From positions 23,783 through 87,782 of the forward strand of contig CAZVDL010000003.1 of assembly GCA_964626365.1 (NCBI GenBank): 64,000 nt of DNA, given 5' to 3'. The stretch is from an uncultured Nitrososphaerota archaeon (GTDB lineage Archaea > Thermoproteota > Methanomethylicia > Nezhaarchaeales > B40-G2). Of the stretch, positions 1-10,772 are shown piece after piece (the first letter of the stretch is position 1; every line of letters begins with the position of its first letter). The position numbers and the translations under genes are program-made. Under the pieces are notes generated by a model, which was not told where the DNA came from, ran no database searches, and was given only the letters and a program-made list of their open reading frames with translations.

Positions 1-92
1 TCTACCCTGAGGATCCTGCCGACGTAGCCCGTCAAAACCCTTCCTCCGCTTAGAATTAAAGCCAGCGAGTTGGTTTAAGATTGGCGGTCTAG

Positions 93-338
93 GTGAGGGT
101 TAAGGTGGAGTACTTCGCCTCCATGAGGGACAAGCTGGGCGTTAAGGAGGAGATAATGGAGCTACCTGACGGGTCGTCAGTCGAAGATCTCATAGAGAGG
201 GTTAAAGAGAGGTTGGGAGAGAGCTTTGAGGGCAGGGTATTAGTTAATGGTAAGAGCGTGGAGAGCTTAAAGGGGTTTAAGACGGAGCTTAAGGACGGAG
301 ACGTAGTATCGCTGTTCCCCCCCATAGCTGGAGGTTAA
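93..338 (+). CDS. MoaD/ThiS-family ubiquitin-like sulfur-carrier protein (SAMP-like)
   Basis: 81 aa, beta-grasp-like sequence MRVKVEYFASMRDKLG... ending in the diagnostic C-terminal Gly-Gly; GTG start. Confidence 0.65.
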   Translation: MRVKVEYFASMRDKLGVKEEIMELPDGSSVEDLIERVKERLGESFEGRVLVNGKSVESLKGFKTELKDGDVVSLFPPIAGG

Positions 339-1072
339 AAGAAGGTGGTTAACGAGAGCTGACCCTTAACCTCAAGAGGCTGAGGAGGTAGGGTGAAGGT
401 GACTATTGTTTTAGCGGCGGGAAGCGATACGTTTAGTACAAGCGTTGAGCCGATGTTAACCCTGAGGACACGGCCCTTATGTACGTGGCCGTGGACAGCC
501 ACGGTCACCGAGCTATCTTTAATCAGCTCTCCCATTTTAGAGCAGCCTAGTTGAGGCCATATCTTAGGGTCTTCGCCTTCGAGGGTCTCCTTACACAGAG
601 CATAGTGAGAGAATAGAATAGTGTAGTCGCACTTTAACCCCTGAATAAGCCTACCTATCTTCGACAGCCTCTCGTTGTAGATAGCCCTGATGTTAGGGAT
701 GTTCTTGAGCTGCCACGAAGTAGGCTGATCTAAACACCCTCTTGTGCCGATTAGGCCTATCTTATAACCCTTTATCTCAACGATCGTGGCTTCGTCATCG
801 AGCCACTTAATTAGGCCTCCCGATAGACTCATTAGTTTGGGTTTTACCTCATCGAACTCTTCATTGCCGAAGCAAGCAAAGATAGGGCCGGAGTAATGCT
901 CTTTGATGACCCCTAACACCTCGTTTAAACCCTCCACTCTACCCCTATAGATAATGTCCCCCGCCAAGATTAGTAAGTCGGCCTCCTTTAGAACCTGAGA
1001 AGAGGACTTAAGGAGGTCAAGGTTCTTGGGGCTATGTATATCGGCCGTCGCTGCCACCTTGATGCCGCTCAA
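335..1072 (-). CDS. calcineurin-like metallophosphoesterase
   Basis: 245 aa with GDIIYRG ... GHVHKG metal-binding motifs typical of the metallophosphoesterase superfamily. Confidence 0.55.
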   Translation of the reverse strand: MSGIKVAATADIHSPKNLDLLKSSSQVLKEADLLILAGDIIYRGRVEGLNEVLGVIKEHYSGPIFACFGNEEFDEVKPKLMSLSGGLIKWLDDEATIVEIKGYKIGLIGTRGCLDQPTSWQLKNIPNIRAIYNERLSKIGRLIQGLKCDYTILFSHYALCKETLEGEDPKIWPQLGCSKMGELIKDSSVTVAVHGHVHKGRVLRVNIGSTLVLNVSLPAAKTIVTFTLPPQPLEVKGQLSLTTFF

Positions 1073-1239
1073 CGCCCCTCAAGGTTAAGAGGAGAAGAGA
1101 GCTAAAGTTTTTTCTTAGTGCAGCTAGGCTTACCAGTGGGCGGATGAGGAAACGATGGTCTTAGGAGCGTGTCGATGACGGCGATGGGCGGCCTGACGCC
1201 CATGTACCTAAGTAGGAGGATGCCATTGAGGCGTGATAG

Positions 1240-1947
1240 ATGAGAAGACTGGGCATCATAGGGGGGACCGGCAGAGAGGGCGGAGCAATAGCTACGAGGT
1301 ATGCTAAAGTTGGCTGGCTCGTCTACGTGGGCTCAAGAGACCTCAAAAGAGCTCAACTAGCAGTTAACAGGATGAAGAGCTCCTTAAAGGACTTTAAAGG
1401 AGACTTAATAGGCTGTTCGAATCAGGAAGCCGCCGAGTATGGTGAAGCAGTCTTCTTAACAGTCCCCTACATAGGCTTAAAGCAGGTGTTAGACCAGGTC
1501 TCAACGTGGCTAAATGGGAAGCTCGTCGTGGACGTAGTTGTGCCTAACGTCATGAGGACGAACTACTTGATCGGTGAGGAGCTATTAGAGGTTTATAGAC
1601 AGCACTTCGGCGTCGGGAAAATACCATCAGTGACTGAGGAGATATACATGTACCTTAATAGCGTCCATAAAATTAAACCTAGAGTTGTGGCGGCTTTAAA
1701 GACGGTCTCGTTTAAGTTGATAGCTGACCTATCGACACCTTTTAGACAGACCATCTTGATATGGGGGTTTAACTCAGAGGATGTACATCAACTTAGATCG
1801 CTTTTAAAAGAGGGGTTTCCTGAAGCTGAGCTGCTAGAGGTACCGCAGATATATTGGAGCTGTATTGAGGGGGTCTGTGAATTCATAAGGCATATGTCTA
1901 TACAGGGTGTCAGGATAGACGCGTTAAGCTTCACTTATGGAGGATAA
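1240..1947 (+). CDS. NADPH-dependent F420 reductase-like NAD(P)-binding oxidoreductase (NpdG family)
   Basis: N-terminal Rossmann motif LGIIGGTGREGGAIATRYAKVGWLVYVGSR resembling the Fno/NpdG family. Confidence 0.5.
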   Translation: MRRLGIIGGTGREGGAIATRYAKVGWLVYVGSRDLKRAQLAVNRMKSSLKDFKGDLIGCSNQEAAEYGEAVFLTVPYIGLKQVLDQVSTWLNGKLVVDVVVPNVMRTNYLIGEELLEVYRQHFGVGKIPSVTEEIYMYLNSVHKIKPRVVAALKTVSFKLIADLSTPFRQTILIWGFNSEDVHQLRSLLKEGFPEAELLEVPQIYWSCIEGVCEFIRHMSIQGVRIDALSFTYGG

Positions 1948-2172
1948 ATCCTCTAACACCTCGTTAAGCGCCTCTACCCATCGATCCTCAGCCGCCCATG
2001 GATAGAGGCGCTTAAGCCTTCTATAATGTAGAGGGGAATCCTCAACCAGAATCCTCAATAGCCTAGCTATGAGCTTCCGTCCCTCGGAGTTTAAGGAGCC
2101 TCTCGAGAAGTAGGCCTCTCTGTTCGTTAAAGCCTCCTTTATTAAGGAGAGAGCCTCTATAGGTCTACGCAT
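1924..2172 (-). CDS. hypothetical small protein
   Basis: 82-aa ORF convergent with the preceding gene; no recognisable motif. Confidence 0.2.
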   Translation of the reverse strand: MRRPIEALSLIKEALTNREAYFSRGSLNSEGRKLIARLLRILVEDSPLHYRRLKRLYPWAAEDRWVEALNEVLEDLSSISEA

Positions 2173-2204
2173 CCCCTACTTTAAGCGCGGAGAGGGCTTT
2201 AAGG

Positions 2205-2885
2205 TTGCCTAGAAAGGTGGCTGCGTTATTTACGGGTGGTAAGGACTCGACGAGGGCTCTGGAAATAGCCCTTAAGCAAGGGCTTAAGGTCGAGTACCTA
2301 GTTACCATGGTACCTAGGAGAGAGGAGTCTTGGATGTATCATAGTGTTGGGTTAAACGTGGTGGAGCTGCTCTCTGACGCTATAGGGATACCCTTAGTGA
2401 AGGCGGAGACTGAGGGGGTTAAAGAGGAGGAGGTAGAGGACCTTAAAAGGGCACTTGAAGCGTTGAAGATCGAAGGGGTGGTCTGCGGAGCAATAGCTAG
2501 TAAGTATCAGAGAGATAGAGTGGCTAGGGTTTGTAGCGAGCTGGGCCTAGACCTATACACCCCTCTATGGGGGGTAGATGAGGAGAGATACCTAGAGGAG
2601 CTGTTGAGGGATGGTTACGAAATAATGGTGGTCTCGGTTTCAGCTTTGGGACTAAATGAAAAATGGCTTGGCAGGGTGCTCGATCATGAAGCCTTGGAGG
2701 AGCTTAAAAAGCTGAAAGCTAAGCTGGGCATAAACCTGTCGTTGGAGGGAGGAGAGGCTGAGACCCTAGTGCTTAATAGCCCCATTCACCGTAAGAGGCT
2801 GGTTATAGTGGAGGCTGAGAAGATATGGGACGGTAGAAGCGGCGTCCTAAGGATTAAAAAGGCGGAGCTTAGGGATAAACCATGA
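2205..2885 (+). CDS. Dph6-like ATP-binding protein (diphthine-ammonia ligase, MJ0570 family)
   Basis: AALFTGGKDS PP-loop at the N-terminus and a length of about 225 aa, typical of the archaeal DUF71/Dph6 family. Confidence 0.6.
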   Translation: MPRKVAALFTGGKDSTRALEIALKQGLKVEYLVTMVPRREESWMYHSVGLNVVELLSDAIGIPLVKAETEGVKEEEVEDLKRALEALKIEGVVCGAIASKYQRDRVARVCSELGLDLYTPLWGVDEERYLEELLRDGYEIMVVSVSALGLNEKWLGRVLDHEALEELKKLKAKLGINLSLEGGEAETLVLNSPIHRKRLVIVEAEKIWDGRSGVLRIKKAELRDKP

Positions 2886-2906
2886 CGAGCTGACAGGTGG
2901 TACCTC

Positions 2907-3917
2907 TTGCCTTTAACCGTGGTCGTAGGAGGCTTCTTTGGAGACGAGGGCAAGGGCAAGATAATCTCCTACCTCGCTGTTAAGGACAAGATAGACCTCG
3001 CTGTCAGGGTGGGCTCAGTTAACGCAGGGCACACAGTGATACTTGAGGATGGTAGAACCGTTAAGCTGAGAATGGTGTCGACCGCCTTCACGAATAGGAG
3101 CTGTAGGTTGCTAATAGGGGCTGGAGCCAACGTTAACCCCAAGATCTTCCTAAGCGAGGTGGAGCTCACCAATACCAAGGATAGGGTGGGCGTAGATTAT
3201 CAGTGCTCCATCATAGAGGAACATCACATTGAGCGCGATAGGAAGGACGCCCACTTAGCGGGTAAGGTTCAGACCACCGGCCAAGGCGTAGGGCCGGCCA
3301 TAGAGGACAGAGTTAAAAGGATAGCTAAGCTGGCTAGGGATGTTAAGGAGCTTGAACCCTTCCTCACTGACGTAGCTGCTGAGGTGGATGAAGCCCTTAG
3401 GGCAGGTAAAAACGTCCTGTTAGAGGGAACTCAAGGATGCTTTCTGTCACTATACCACGGCACCTACCCGTACGTCACAGCGAGAGACACGACAGCCGCT
3501 GCAGTGTGTAGCGAAGTCGGGGTTGGGCCGACGAGGGTTAACGACGTGCTGGTGGTGTTTAAGGCCTACGTGACTAGGGTGGGAGGAGGACCTTTGCCAG
3601 GTGAGCTGCCAGAGGATGAAGCTGAGCGAAGAGGATGGAGCGAGATAGCGACGGTTACAGGTAGGAAGAGAAGGGCTGCGCCGTTTAACTTCGACCTCGC
3701 TAGGAGGGCTATCATGCTTAATGGGGCGACGCAGATAGCCATAACTAAGCTGGACGTCCTCTTCCCTGAAGTTAAGGGGGCTCGAGGTGTAAAGGAGCTA
3801 AGCCGGGAGGCTTTAAAGTTCATAGAGGACGTGGAGGGTAAGCTTGGGGTTAAGGTGGCTTTAATCGGTACGGGGCCCAGCATAATGGACATTGTGGACC
3901 TTAGAGAGGAGGGTTAA
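2907..3917 (+). CDS. purA: adenylosuccinate synthetase
   Basis: GDEGKGK P-loop, GHTV and TTGQGVGP motifs; 336 aa matches the short archaeal form. Confidence 0.85.
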   Translation: MPLTVVVGGFFGDEGKGKIISYLAVKDKIDLAVRVGSVNAGHTVILEDGRTVKLRMVSTAFTNRSCRLLIGAGANVNPKIFLSEVELTNTKDRVGVDYQCSIIEEHHIERDRKDAHLAGKVQTTGQGVGPAIEDRVKRIAKLARDVKELEPFLTDVAAEVDEALRAGKNVLLEGTQGCFLSLYHGTYPYVTARDTTAAAVCSEVGVGPTRVNDVLVVFKAYVTRVGGGPLPGELPEDEAERRGWSEIATVTGRKRRAAPFNFDLARRAIMLNGATQIAITKLDVLFPEVKGARGVKELSREALKFIEDVEGKLGVKVALIGTGPSIMDIVDLREEG

Positions 3918-3999
3918 GGGAAAGGTTTAAGTGGAGGCTTTGAACGAGAAGACCAACAGCTTCATTTCATCGAAGAAACCCGATGAGGTGAGGTCATAG

Positions 4000-4680
4000 T
4001 TGTCAGGGCCGAAAACCACTAACATGTTAGCGTGGATAGGTAGACGTAGAGAGAAGAGTATCTTGGAGAGGGCTGAAAGACACTTAGAGAGGGTGGTAGC
4101 CTCAGTCGAGGCCCTCAAGAGGACGGTCTACGCCTTCTGCGAAGGAAACCGAGAAGGAGTTGAGAAAGGGTTTGAGGAGATCTTCAGGTTTGAGAGGGAG
4201 GCTGACGATATTAAACGCAACATCCTAAACGAACTGTTAAAAGACGTCTTCCACCCCATAGATAGAGATGAAATCACGCGGCTACTGCTAACCATGGATG
4301 ATATAGCCTCTAACGCGAAGGGAGCCGGCGCTAGGATAACCTTTATGTGCTTCACCATAGATGACGAGGAGGTCTTAAGGGGCCTTAAAGAGGTAGCTGA
4401 TAGGCTAGTTGATATAGCTAGGGAAACTTATAAGGCGTTAAAGGAGCTTGTGGAAAGCCCGCGGAAGGCCTTGGAGACCGCCAATAAGGTAGAGGAGATG
4501 GAGGAGAACATAGACGATATAAGGAGAAACCTGTTGAGAAGAATCCTCGTAATAGGGGACTCCTTAGGCCCCTCGAGACTGGTGTGCTTAAAGGATGTGG
4601 TTGATAGCATGGAGAACGTAGCTGATAGATGTGAGGATGCTGCGGACCTCATAAGGAGCCTAGCCATACTAGCTACGTGA
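4000..4680 (+). CDS. DUF47 family protein (PhoU-like putative phosphate-transport regulator)
   Basis: about 220-aa helical protein with a repeated charged-helix pattern matching the TIGR00153/DUF47 family; the real start is probably the internal Met near 4024. Confidence 0.5.
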   Translation: MSGPKTTNMLAWIGRRREKSILERAERHLERVVASVEALKRTVYAFCEGNREGVEKGFEEIFRFEREADDIKRNILNELLKDVFHPIDRDEITRLLLTMDDIASNAKGAGARITFMCFTIDDEEVLRGLKEVADRLVDIARETYKALKELVESPRKALETANKVEEMEENIDDIRRNLLRRILVIGDSLGPSRLVCLKDVVDSMENVADRCEDAADLIRSLAILAT

Positions 4681-6496
4681 CGGTCACCGACTTAGCTAAG
4701 TTGCGCGGGCGGTCTGGGTCGTATCCTCGAGCAGTAGCAGCGTAGTAAGCTAAGAGCTGGAGGGGTATGACGTAGACTATAGGGGTTAATACTTCAGGCA
4801 GCTCTGTAGGTAGCCCTATGAAGTCGTCCGATAGCTCCTTAACCTCGCGGTCTGAAGCTTCAGCAACGGTTATTATCTTGGCGCCTCTAGCCTTCATCTC
4901 CATGATATTGCCTATCAGCTTGCCTCTAACCTCGCTCTTAGGGACTATAAAGACGCAGGGGAAGCCTTCCTCTATCAACGCTATAGGTCCATGCTTGGAC
5001 TCCCCTGCAGGATAACCCTCGGCGTGGATGTAGCTTATCTCCTTAAGTTTAAGGGCGCCCTCGAGGGCAGTAGCTACGTTTATTCCTCGGCTTAAGAAGA
5101 AGAAGCTCCTGCTATAGGCATACCTAAGTGAGAGCTCCTTGGTTATAGGCTCTGAGAGCTTAAGCGCCTCCTCCATCAATCTAGGAGTCTCCATTAACCT
5201 CGCGGTTAGCTCATTTCCCTCGGACTCGTCTAAGACCCCCCTCCTTAGGCCTAGGAGAATGGATAGCCTCGATAGAGCTACCAGCTGCGAGGTGAAGGTC
5301 TTAGTGGCTGCGACGCCTATTTCAGGGCCAGCCTGGGTCCCTATGTACACGTGTGACAGCCTGGTTATGGTGGAGCCCATCACATTGGTTATGGACAACA
5401 CCTTAGCTCCCTTCTCGAGGGCAAGCCTGATAGCGTTTAGGGTATCGGCGGTCTCGCCGGACTGAGAGATCGCTAATACGACGGATCCCTCCGTAACTAA
5501 GTCGCTACACCACTCAGGGAACTCTGAGGCTAACACGGGCTTAGTATCTATGGAGGCCAGCTTAGACAACATGTAGCTCCCAGCTAAGCAGGCATGATAA
5601 GAGGTGCCGCAAGCCACAAGGAAAACCTTCGACGAGTTTTCGATGACCTCGCTCATCTTCTCTAGATATTGATAGGGAGATCTAATGGTGTTCCTTATTG
5701 CCATAGGCTGCTCATGTATCTCTTTTAGCATGAAGTGGGGAAAGCCACCCTTCTCGGCGAGTTCAGGGCTCCAAGGAACCTCCTCTAAGGGTCTTTCAAC
5801 CAAGACACCGTCGTCTAGACGTTCAACGGTGAAGCCCTCAGGGGTGAGTAACGCTAGCTCTCCGTCACGTAGAAACAGAACCTTCCTAGTCACCCATAGC
5901 AGAGCTGGGATATCGGACGATAAGAAGACGCCTTTATCACATACCCCTACGACCAACGGCGCTTCGCGTCTGGCGCATACTATGTGGTTAGGCTCTAAGG
6001 GGGAGATAACCGCTATGGCATAGGAGCCCGTAGCTTTAAGTAGGCAAGCTCTGACCGCCTCCTTTAAACTTAACCCTGCTTCTAGGCCCTCCTCAATGAG
6101 GTGAGAGAGGACCTCGGTGTCGGTCTTGGACTTAAAGACGTGGCCTCTCCTCTCAAGTTCCTGTCTAAGCTGTATGAAGTTCTCAATGATCCCATTGTGC
6201 ACTAAGGCCACCAATCCATGGCAGTCGGTGTGTGGGTGTGCGTTTAAAGCTGAGGGGGCTCCATGAGTAGCCCACCTGGTATGGCCTATACCCACGCTGC
6301 CTGGCAGATCGTCTAAGTTAAGCTTCAAGTGTATTTCGTTTATCTTGCCGACGTCCTTCTTAATGTAGATCCTGCCTTCATGTACTGTAGCAAGACCCGC
6401 TGAATCGTAACCCCTATACTCGAGCCTTTTAAGGCCTTCATGTATCATGGGCGAGGCACAACCTTCCCTTAGCACACAGCCAAAGATGCCACACAA
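4673..6496 (-). CDS. glmS: glutamine--fructose-6-phosphate aminotransferase
   Basis: N-terminal MCGIFG nucleophile (Ntn amidotransferase) plus two SIS domains; 607 aa. Confidence 0.9.
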   Translation of the reverse strand: MCGIFGCVLREGCASPMIHEGLKRLEYRGYDSAGLATVHEGRIYIKKDVGKINEIHLKLNLDDLPGSVGIGHTRWATHGAPSALNAHPHTDCHGLVALVHNGIIENFIQLRQELERRGHVFKSKTDTEVLSHLIEEGLEAGLSLKEAVRACLLKATGSYAIAVISPLEPNHIVCARREAPLVVGVCDKGVFLSSDIPALLWVTRKVLFLRDGELALLTPEGFTVERLDDGVLVERPLEEVPWSPELAEKGGFPHFMLKEIHEQPMAIRNTIRSPYQYLEKMSEVIENSSKVFLVACGTSYHACLAGSYMLSKLASIDTKPVLASEFPEWCSDLVTEGSVVLAISQSGETADTLNAIRLALEKGAKVLSITNVMGSTITRLSHVYIGTQAGPEIGVAATKTFTSQLVALSRLSILLGLRRGVLDESEGNELTARLMETPRLMEEALKLSEPITKELSLRYAYSRSFFFLSRGINVATALEGALKLKEISYIHAEGYPAGESKHGPIALIEEGFPCVFIVPKSEVRGKLIGNIMEMKARGAKIITVAEASDREVKELSDDFIGLPTELPEVLTPIVYVIPLQLLAYYAATARGYDPDRPRNLAKSVTVT

Positions 6497-6613
6497 TCTC
6501 TGGATGCCTCCGTAAACAGCCTATTCATAGGCTCGTTAAAGCTAATAGGCTTTACTTAAAAAGCAGCCTTTGAGAGAAGGAACTGACCGCCGTCTAAATC
6601 AAGGTAAAATTTT

Positions 6614-7501
6614 TTGACCTGTAAAAATACGATTTTAACAATGATGACCAGGAAGGGGCTCCTAGAGGAGGAGCTGAAAGCTCTAGCTAATCCACTTAGG
6701 TTTAAAATACTTAAGGAGGTTGCAAAGAAGCCCAGCTACCCAAAGGAGGTTGCGAGGAGACTTGGAGTTAGTGAACAGCTGGTGTACTATCACTTTGATA
6801 AACTTGAGAAAGCGGGCTTCATACAAGTTGTAGGCGTGCAAGAGATTAGAGGAGCTCTAGCTAAGAGGTACGCAGCCAAATACGATGAGCTAGTGATAAG
6901 GTTCACGGATTCAGAGCTTAGAGACGAGGTTAAGAGAAGCCTACCCGAGGTCTTAAGAAGACTAGCCGATGAGGGAGGTATAATAGTGGTCGGTAGCCCC
7001 GATATACATGGGCCGCTGCTTAGTAGGGCCAGAGATCAGCATTTAGCAGTAGACTTGGCCGTGTTTCTAGGCTCACTGAGCCGTAGATTTAAGGCGAAGC
7101 TTGACACCGAGGTAAAGGATCAAGACTTAAAGGAGAACCTCGTCTGTGTTGGAGGACCCACCGTAAACACCGTGACTTGGAGGATTAATAAGTACTTGCC
7201 GATATACTTCGACTTAGAGCATGAAAATAGGATAACATCCAAAGCCTCCGGTAAAACCTACAGCGAGGAGGTTGATGGTGTCGTGGAGTTTATCGAGAAT
7301 CCGTTTAAGGAAGGTAAAGTAGTGGTTGTGTTAGCTGGGAAGAGAATAGAGGGGACAAGAGCTAGCGTCGTAGCTTTCATCTCTAGACCGGAGGAAATTA
7401 CCGAGGGGAACGTATATGACCATAGTATTAAGGCACATGTCGTCGAGGGGCTGGATAGGGATAGCGATGGCTTAATAGATGATGTGGAGGTTTTAGAGTA
7501 G
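6614..7501 (+). CDS. ArsR-type winged-helix transcription regulator with an uncharacterised C-terminal domain
   Basis: LRFKILKEV...VARRLGVSEQLVYYHFDKLEKAGFI HTH_20/ArsR signature followed by an extra domain of about 180 aa. Confidence 0.5.
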   Translation: MTCKNTILTMMTRKGLLEEELKALANPLRFKILKEVAKKPSYPKEVARRLGVSEQLVYYHFDKLEKAGFIQVVGVQEIRGALAKRYAAKYDELVIRFTDSELRDEVKRSLPEVLRRLADEGGIIVVGSPDIHGPLLSRARDQHLAVDLAVFLGSLSRRFKAKLDTEVKDQDLKENLVCVGGPTVNTVTWRINKYLPIYFDLEHENRITSKASGKTYSEEVDGVVEFIENPFKEGKVVVVLAGKRIEGTRASVVAFISRPEEITEGNVYDHSIKAHVVEGLDRDSDGLIDDVEVLE

Positions 7502-9406
7502 GTCAGGATACTTTGCGGCTACCTCTTTGAGAACCAGTTCGCTGACTAACTTGCCATCAGCTCCACGCTTAACTCTCTTCATAACCTCACCTATCAGCGG
7601 GTTAATGGCGCCCCTACCCCTCCTCTTAATTAAATCGATATTCTCCTCGATAACCTCCCTTACAATGCGTTGAAGCTCCTCCATGGTTAAAGCCCTAACA
7701 CCTAAGCTACTTAGCGCCTCAACAATGCCGCACCCAGGATGGTCCGCTAGCCACTTCAAGACCTCAGGCACAGCCTCCTTAGACATACGGCCAGCCTCTA
7801 AGGCCTTAAACACCTCCAGTATGTCCTCGTCCCTGAGCTTATCAACGTCAACTCCTTCCTTCTTCAAAGATTTAAGGGTCACCTCGAGCACACTGGCTAT
7901 GACTATAGGCGGCACCTTAGTCTTCGACACCGCCTCTTCGAATAACCTTAACCTCCTCGACCTAAGGATGGCCTCAGCTAGGCTTGGGCTTAATCCATAG
8001 ACCTCTATGAAGCGCTTAAGTTTATGCTCGGGCAGTTCAGGTAGCGAGCTTTTTATTCTTTCAATCCTCTCTGGGGTTATCGTCAGCGGACGGACATCAG
8101 TCTCAGGGTACATCCTAGCTGCCCCAGGTCTGGGTCTACTATACTTAGTTGTACCATCAGGGTTGGCGCTCCTGGTCTCCTCAGGCACGCCTACAATAGC
8201 CTGTTTAGCCCGATCAACCACCGCCTTAAGCGCCTCGTAGGCTTTATCGTAAGGAGCTACCGTAAACACCACGGCATCCTGTGGACCCGCGTTGAGTGCT
8301 GACCTTAAGGCTTCCACTTCGTCTTTAGTTATGCCGTAGCCTGGCAGTTCATCAGTATGGAAGATTCCCTTGACCCCTCCCCAAAACACCGCGTAGTCCT
8401 TAAGCTCGGTGCCAAATCTTCTACCTGGCTGGAGCTCTAAGCCTATCAGCCCAGCGAACCCTGCCAGTTTAACGGCTAGCACCTTCCAGCCCCTCTTTAT
8501 ACCGTCGGCTATAACCTTAGACTTCGTGCCTGAGAAGGTGCGCGTGACGTCAATAAACTCGTAATTTAAGTCTGAGGGTTTAACCCCCCTCCTCTTAAGC
8601 TCCTCAGCTATCTTTAGTAAGTTAAGTTGGCGTTGAACTTCGTACTCTATTATTTTAGGCAGTAGGTCAAGGTCCTGAACGCCTTTAATCTCGACGCGAG
8701 CCCCCCTCTCAATTGAGATGTTTAGGTCCTGTCTTATAGTGCCCAAGCCTCTCTTAACCTTGCCAGTGGCTCTTAACAACATCCCTATCTTTAAGGCGAC
8801 TCTACGTGCCTGTTCAGGGCTCCTTATTTCGGGGGCCGTAGCAATCTCTATTAATGGTATGCCGAGTCTATCCAGCCTGTAATTAACCACCCCCTCGTCC
8901 TCCCTTATTTTACGGGCTGCATCCTCCTCAACGCATATGGTCTCTATGTGGACAGGGCCCTCCTCATCCTCTATCACCGACTCGGGTCCACCTAGGGCTA
9001 CGAGCAGCGTCCTTTGGAAGCCCGTAGTGTTTGAGCCATCTATCACCACCTTCCTCATGACGCAGACCTGATCGACAGGGGTAGCCTTGAGCATTAAGGC
9101 TACCTCAAGAGCTATATCAATAGCCTCTTGGTTAACCTCGTGAGGAGGCTCCTCATCCTCCTCGACTAAGCACACTGAATCGTTGTAGGACTCGTAGAGG
9201 TAGCGTCGACCTCTCCTAAACTCGAAGAGAGCGGCTTCATCTACTTGGCCTAGCTCGCTTTGGGTCGGCCTAAGCCTCCTTAGAAACGTGACGTCTGGCT
9301 CATCGTCTCTTAATCTAGTGGGGCACGAGCAGAATAGTTTGTGCTTAGTGTCCAGTTGTTGATGCAGCTCGAGGCCTACTTTAAGCCCAAGCTCAGCGTA
9401 ATTCAT
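7493..9406 (-). CDS. gatE: glutamyl-tRNA(Gln) amidotransferase subunit E
   Basis: 637 aa with MNYAELGLKVGLELHQQL N-terminus (GatB/E family); sits immediately upstream of gatD. Confidence 0.9.
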   Translation of the reverse strand: MNYAELGLKVGLELHQQLDTKHKLFCSCPTRLRDDEPDVTFLRRLRPTQSELGQVDEAALFEFRRGRRYLYESYNDSVCLVEEDEEPPHEVNQEAIDIALEVALMLKATPVDQVCVMRKVVIDGSNTTGFQRTLLVALGGPESVIEDEEGPVHIETICVEEDAARKIREDEGVVNYRLDRLGIPLIEIATAPEIRSPEQARRVALKIGMLLRATGKVKRGLGTIRQDLNISIERGARVEIKGVQDLDLLPKIIEYEVQRQLNLLKIAEELKRRGVKPSDLNYEFIDVTRTFSGTKSKVIADGIKRGWKVLAVKLAGFAGLIGLELQPGRRFGTELKDYAVFWGGVKGIFHTDELPGYGITKDEVEALRSALNAGPQDAVVFTVAPYDKAYEALKAVVDRAKQAIVGVPEETRSANPDGTTKYSRPRPGAARMYPETDVRPLTITPERIERIKSSLPELPEHKLKRFIEVYGLSPSLAEAILRSRRLRLFEEAVSKTKVPPIVIASVLEVTLKSLKKEGVDVDKLRDEDILEVFKALEAGRMSKEAVPEVLKWLADHPGCGIVEALSSLGVRALTMEELQRIVREVIEENIDLIKRRGRGAINPLIGEVMKRVKRGADGKLVSELVLKEVAAKYPDLL

Positions 9407-9412
9407 GTATCC

Positions 9413-10633
9413 TCACCTTAAGTAGTCATTATGTTGTGTTCGTTCGCTGAGCTCGCCAGCTATGTTAGTTAACATGATCCTCTTGACTTCATCAGGATCC
9501 TTGCTTTGACCTAAGGCCCACATCAATTTAACCAAGGCGGTCTCAGGTAACATGTCACCTCCAGGTATCACCCCCATCTTTAGCAGCTCTACGCCTGTCC
9601 TATACACATTCATGTTTATCCTACCCCATATGCACTGAGAAGTCATAACTACGACGAGGCCACTATCTATAGCCCTTTTAATCGAGTTAAAGGCTAGGTG
9701 AGGAGCATGTCCTAAGCCTGTCCCCTCTAAGACTATGCCTCGATATCCCTTCTCGACCAGGTAATCTAGGATGGAGCCGTCGAAGCCAGGGTATATCTTT
9801 ACTAAAGCCACCTTTTCCTCGAAGCGAGCCTTAACCTCTAGCTTCCTTCCACGGTCGCGAGGGACGTAGTTATTAATTAGCAGCTTTATCTCGCCTCCCT
9901 CCACCTTAGCTAAAGGAGTGGCGTTGATGGATCTGAAGGCATCCCTTCTACTCGTATGGCACTTCCTAACCTTAACCCCCCGATGCACCAAGGTGTAGGT
10001 GTCGCCCACCTCCCCGTGCATAACCACTACTACTTCTGCGAAGGGGGCCTTGGCGGCCACGAGGACTGCGTCCATTAAGTTCATGGCAGCGTCTGAAGAA
10101 GGTCTATCAGAGGAGCGTTGAGCGCCGACTAAGACGACGGGCACGGGGAGTGACCGTAAGGCGAAGCTTAAGGCCGCCGCTGTGTAACCCATGGTGTCGG
10201 TGCCGTGGGTGACCACGACCCCTTCAGGGCTATCCTTAATCTTCTCAGCTACCGCCTCAGCTATCTTAGACCATAGGTTAGGGTGCATATCTTCGCTGAA
10301 GATGCTGAAGAGTATGTGAGCGTCAATGTTAGCTATGTCGCCCAGCTCAGGCACCACGTTATAGAGGTCCCTAGCCGATAAAGCAGGGTAGACGGCGCCT
10401 GTGACGTAGTCAACCCTTGAAGCTATAGTTCCCCCGGTGCTAATGATCGCTACTTTAGGTAGGCCCTCCCTTAGTTTTATGGGGACCTCAGGAAGCTCTG
10501 GCTTATATTTAGGGCTACGCGAGACTAGCTCAAGCTTAACGTCATGGCCTAGCCTTATCCCCACGTTGTAGCCATTATCGAGCTTAATTACTACGTGCTT
10601 ATCGTCGCTGAGGTCAGCCGGTGGCATTAACAA
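9413..10633 (-). CDS. gatD: glutamyl-tRNA(Gln) amidotransferase subunit D
   Basis: asparaginase-like domain with ISTGGTIAS and VVTHGTDTM motifs; paired with gatE. Confidence 0.9.
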   Translation of the reverse strand: MLMPPADLSDDKHVVIKLDNGYNVGIRLGHDVKLELVSRSPKYKPELPEVPIKLREGLPKVAIISTGGTIASRVDYVTGAVYPALSARDLYNVVPELGDIANIDAHILFSIFSEDMHPNLWSKIAEAVAEKIKDSPEGVVVTHGTDTMGYTAAALSFALRSLPVPVVLVGAQRSSDRPSSDAAMNLMDAVLVAAKAPFAEVVVVMHGEVGDTYTLVHRGVKVRKCHTSRRDAFRSINATPLAKVEGGEIKLLINNYVPRDRGRKLEVKARFEEKVALVKIYPGFDGSILDYLVEKGYRGIVLEGTGLGHAPHLAFNSIKRAIDSGLVVVMTSQCIWGRINMNVYRTGVELLKMGVIPGGDMLPETALVKLMWALGQSKDPDEVKRIMLTNIAGELSERTQHNDYLR

Positions 10634-10772
10634 GCCCTCTAGGGTTAGAGAGCCCTTGGTGATCCTGACCCTGTCGTAGATGGATGCTCCTATCTTCTCA
10701 AGTTCTCTTAGAGCTAAGCCCCAGTAACTGACCTCCTCAGCCAGGGACCACCGCCCCTAAAGGGATAAGGGG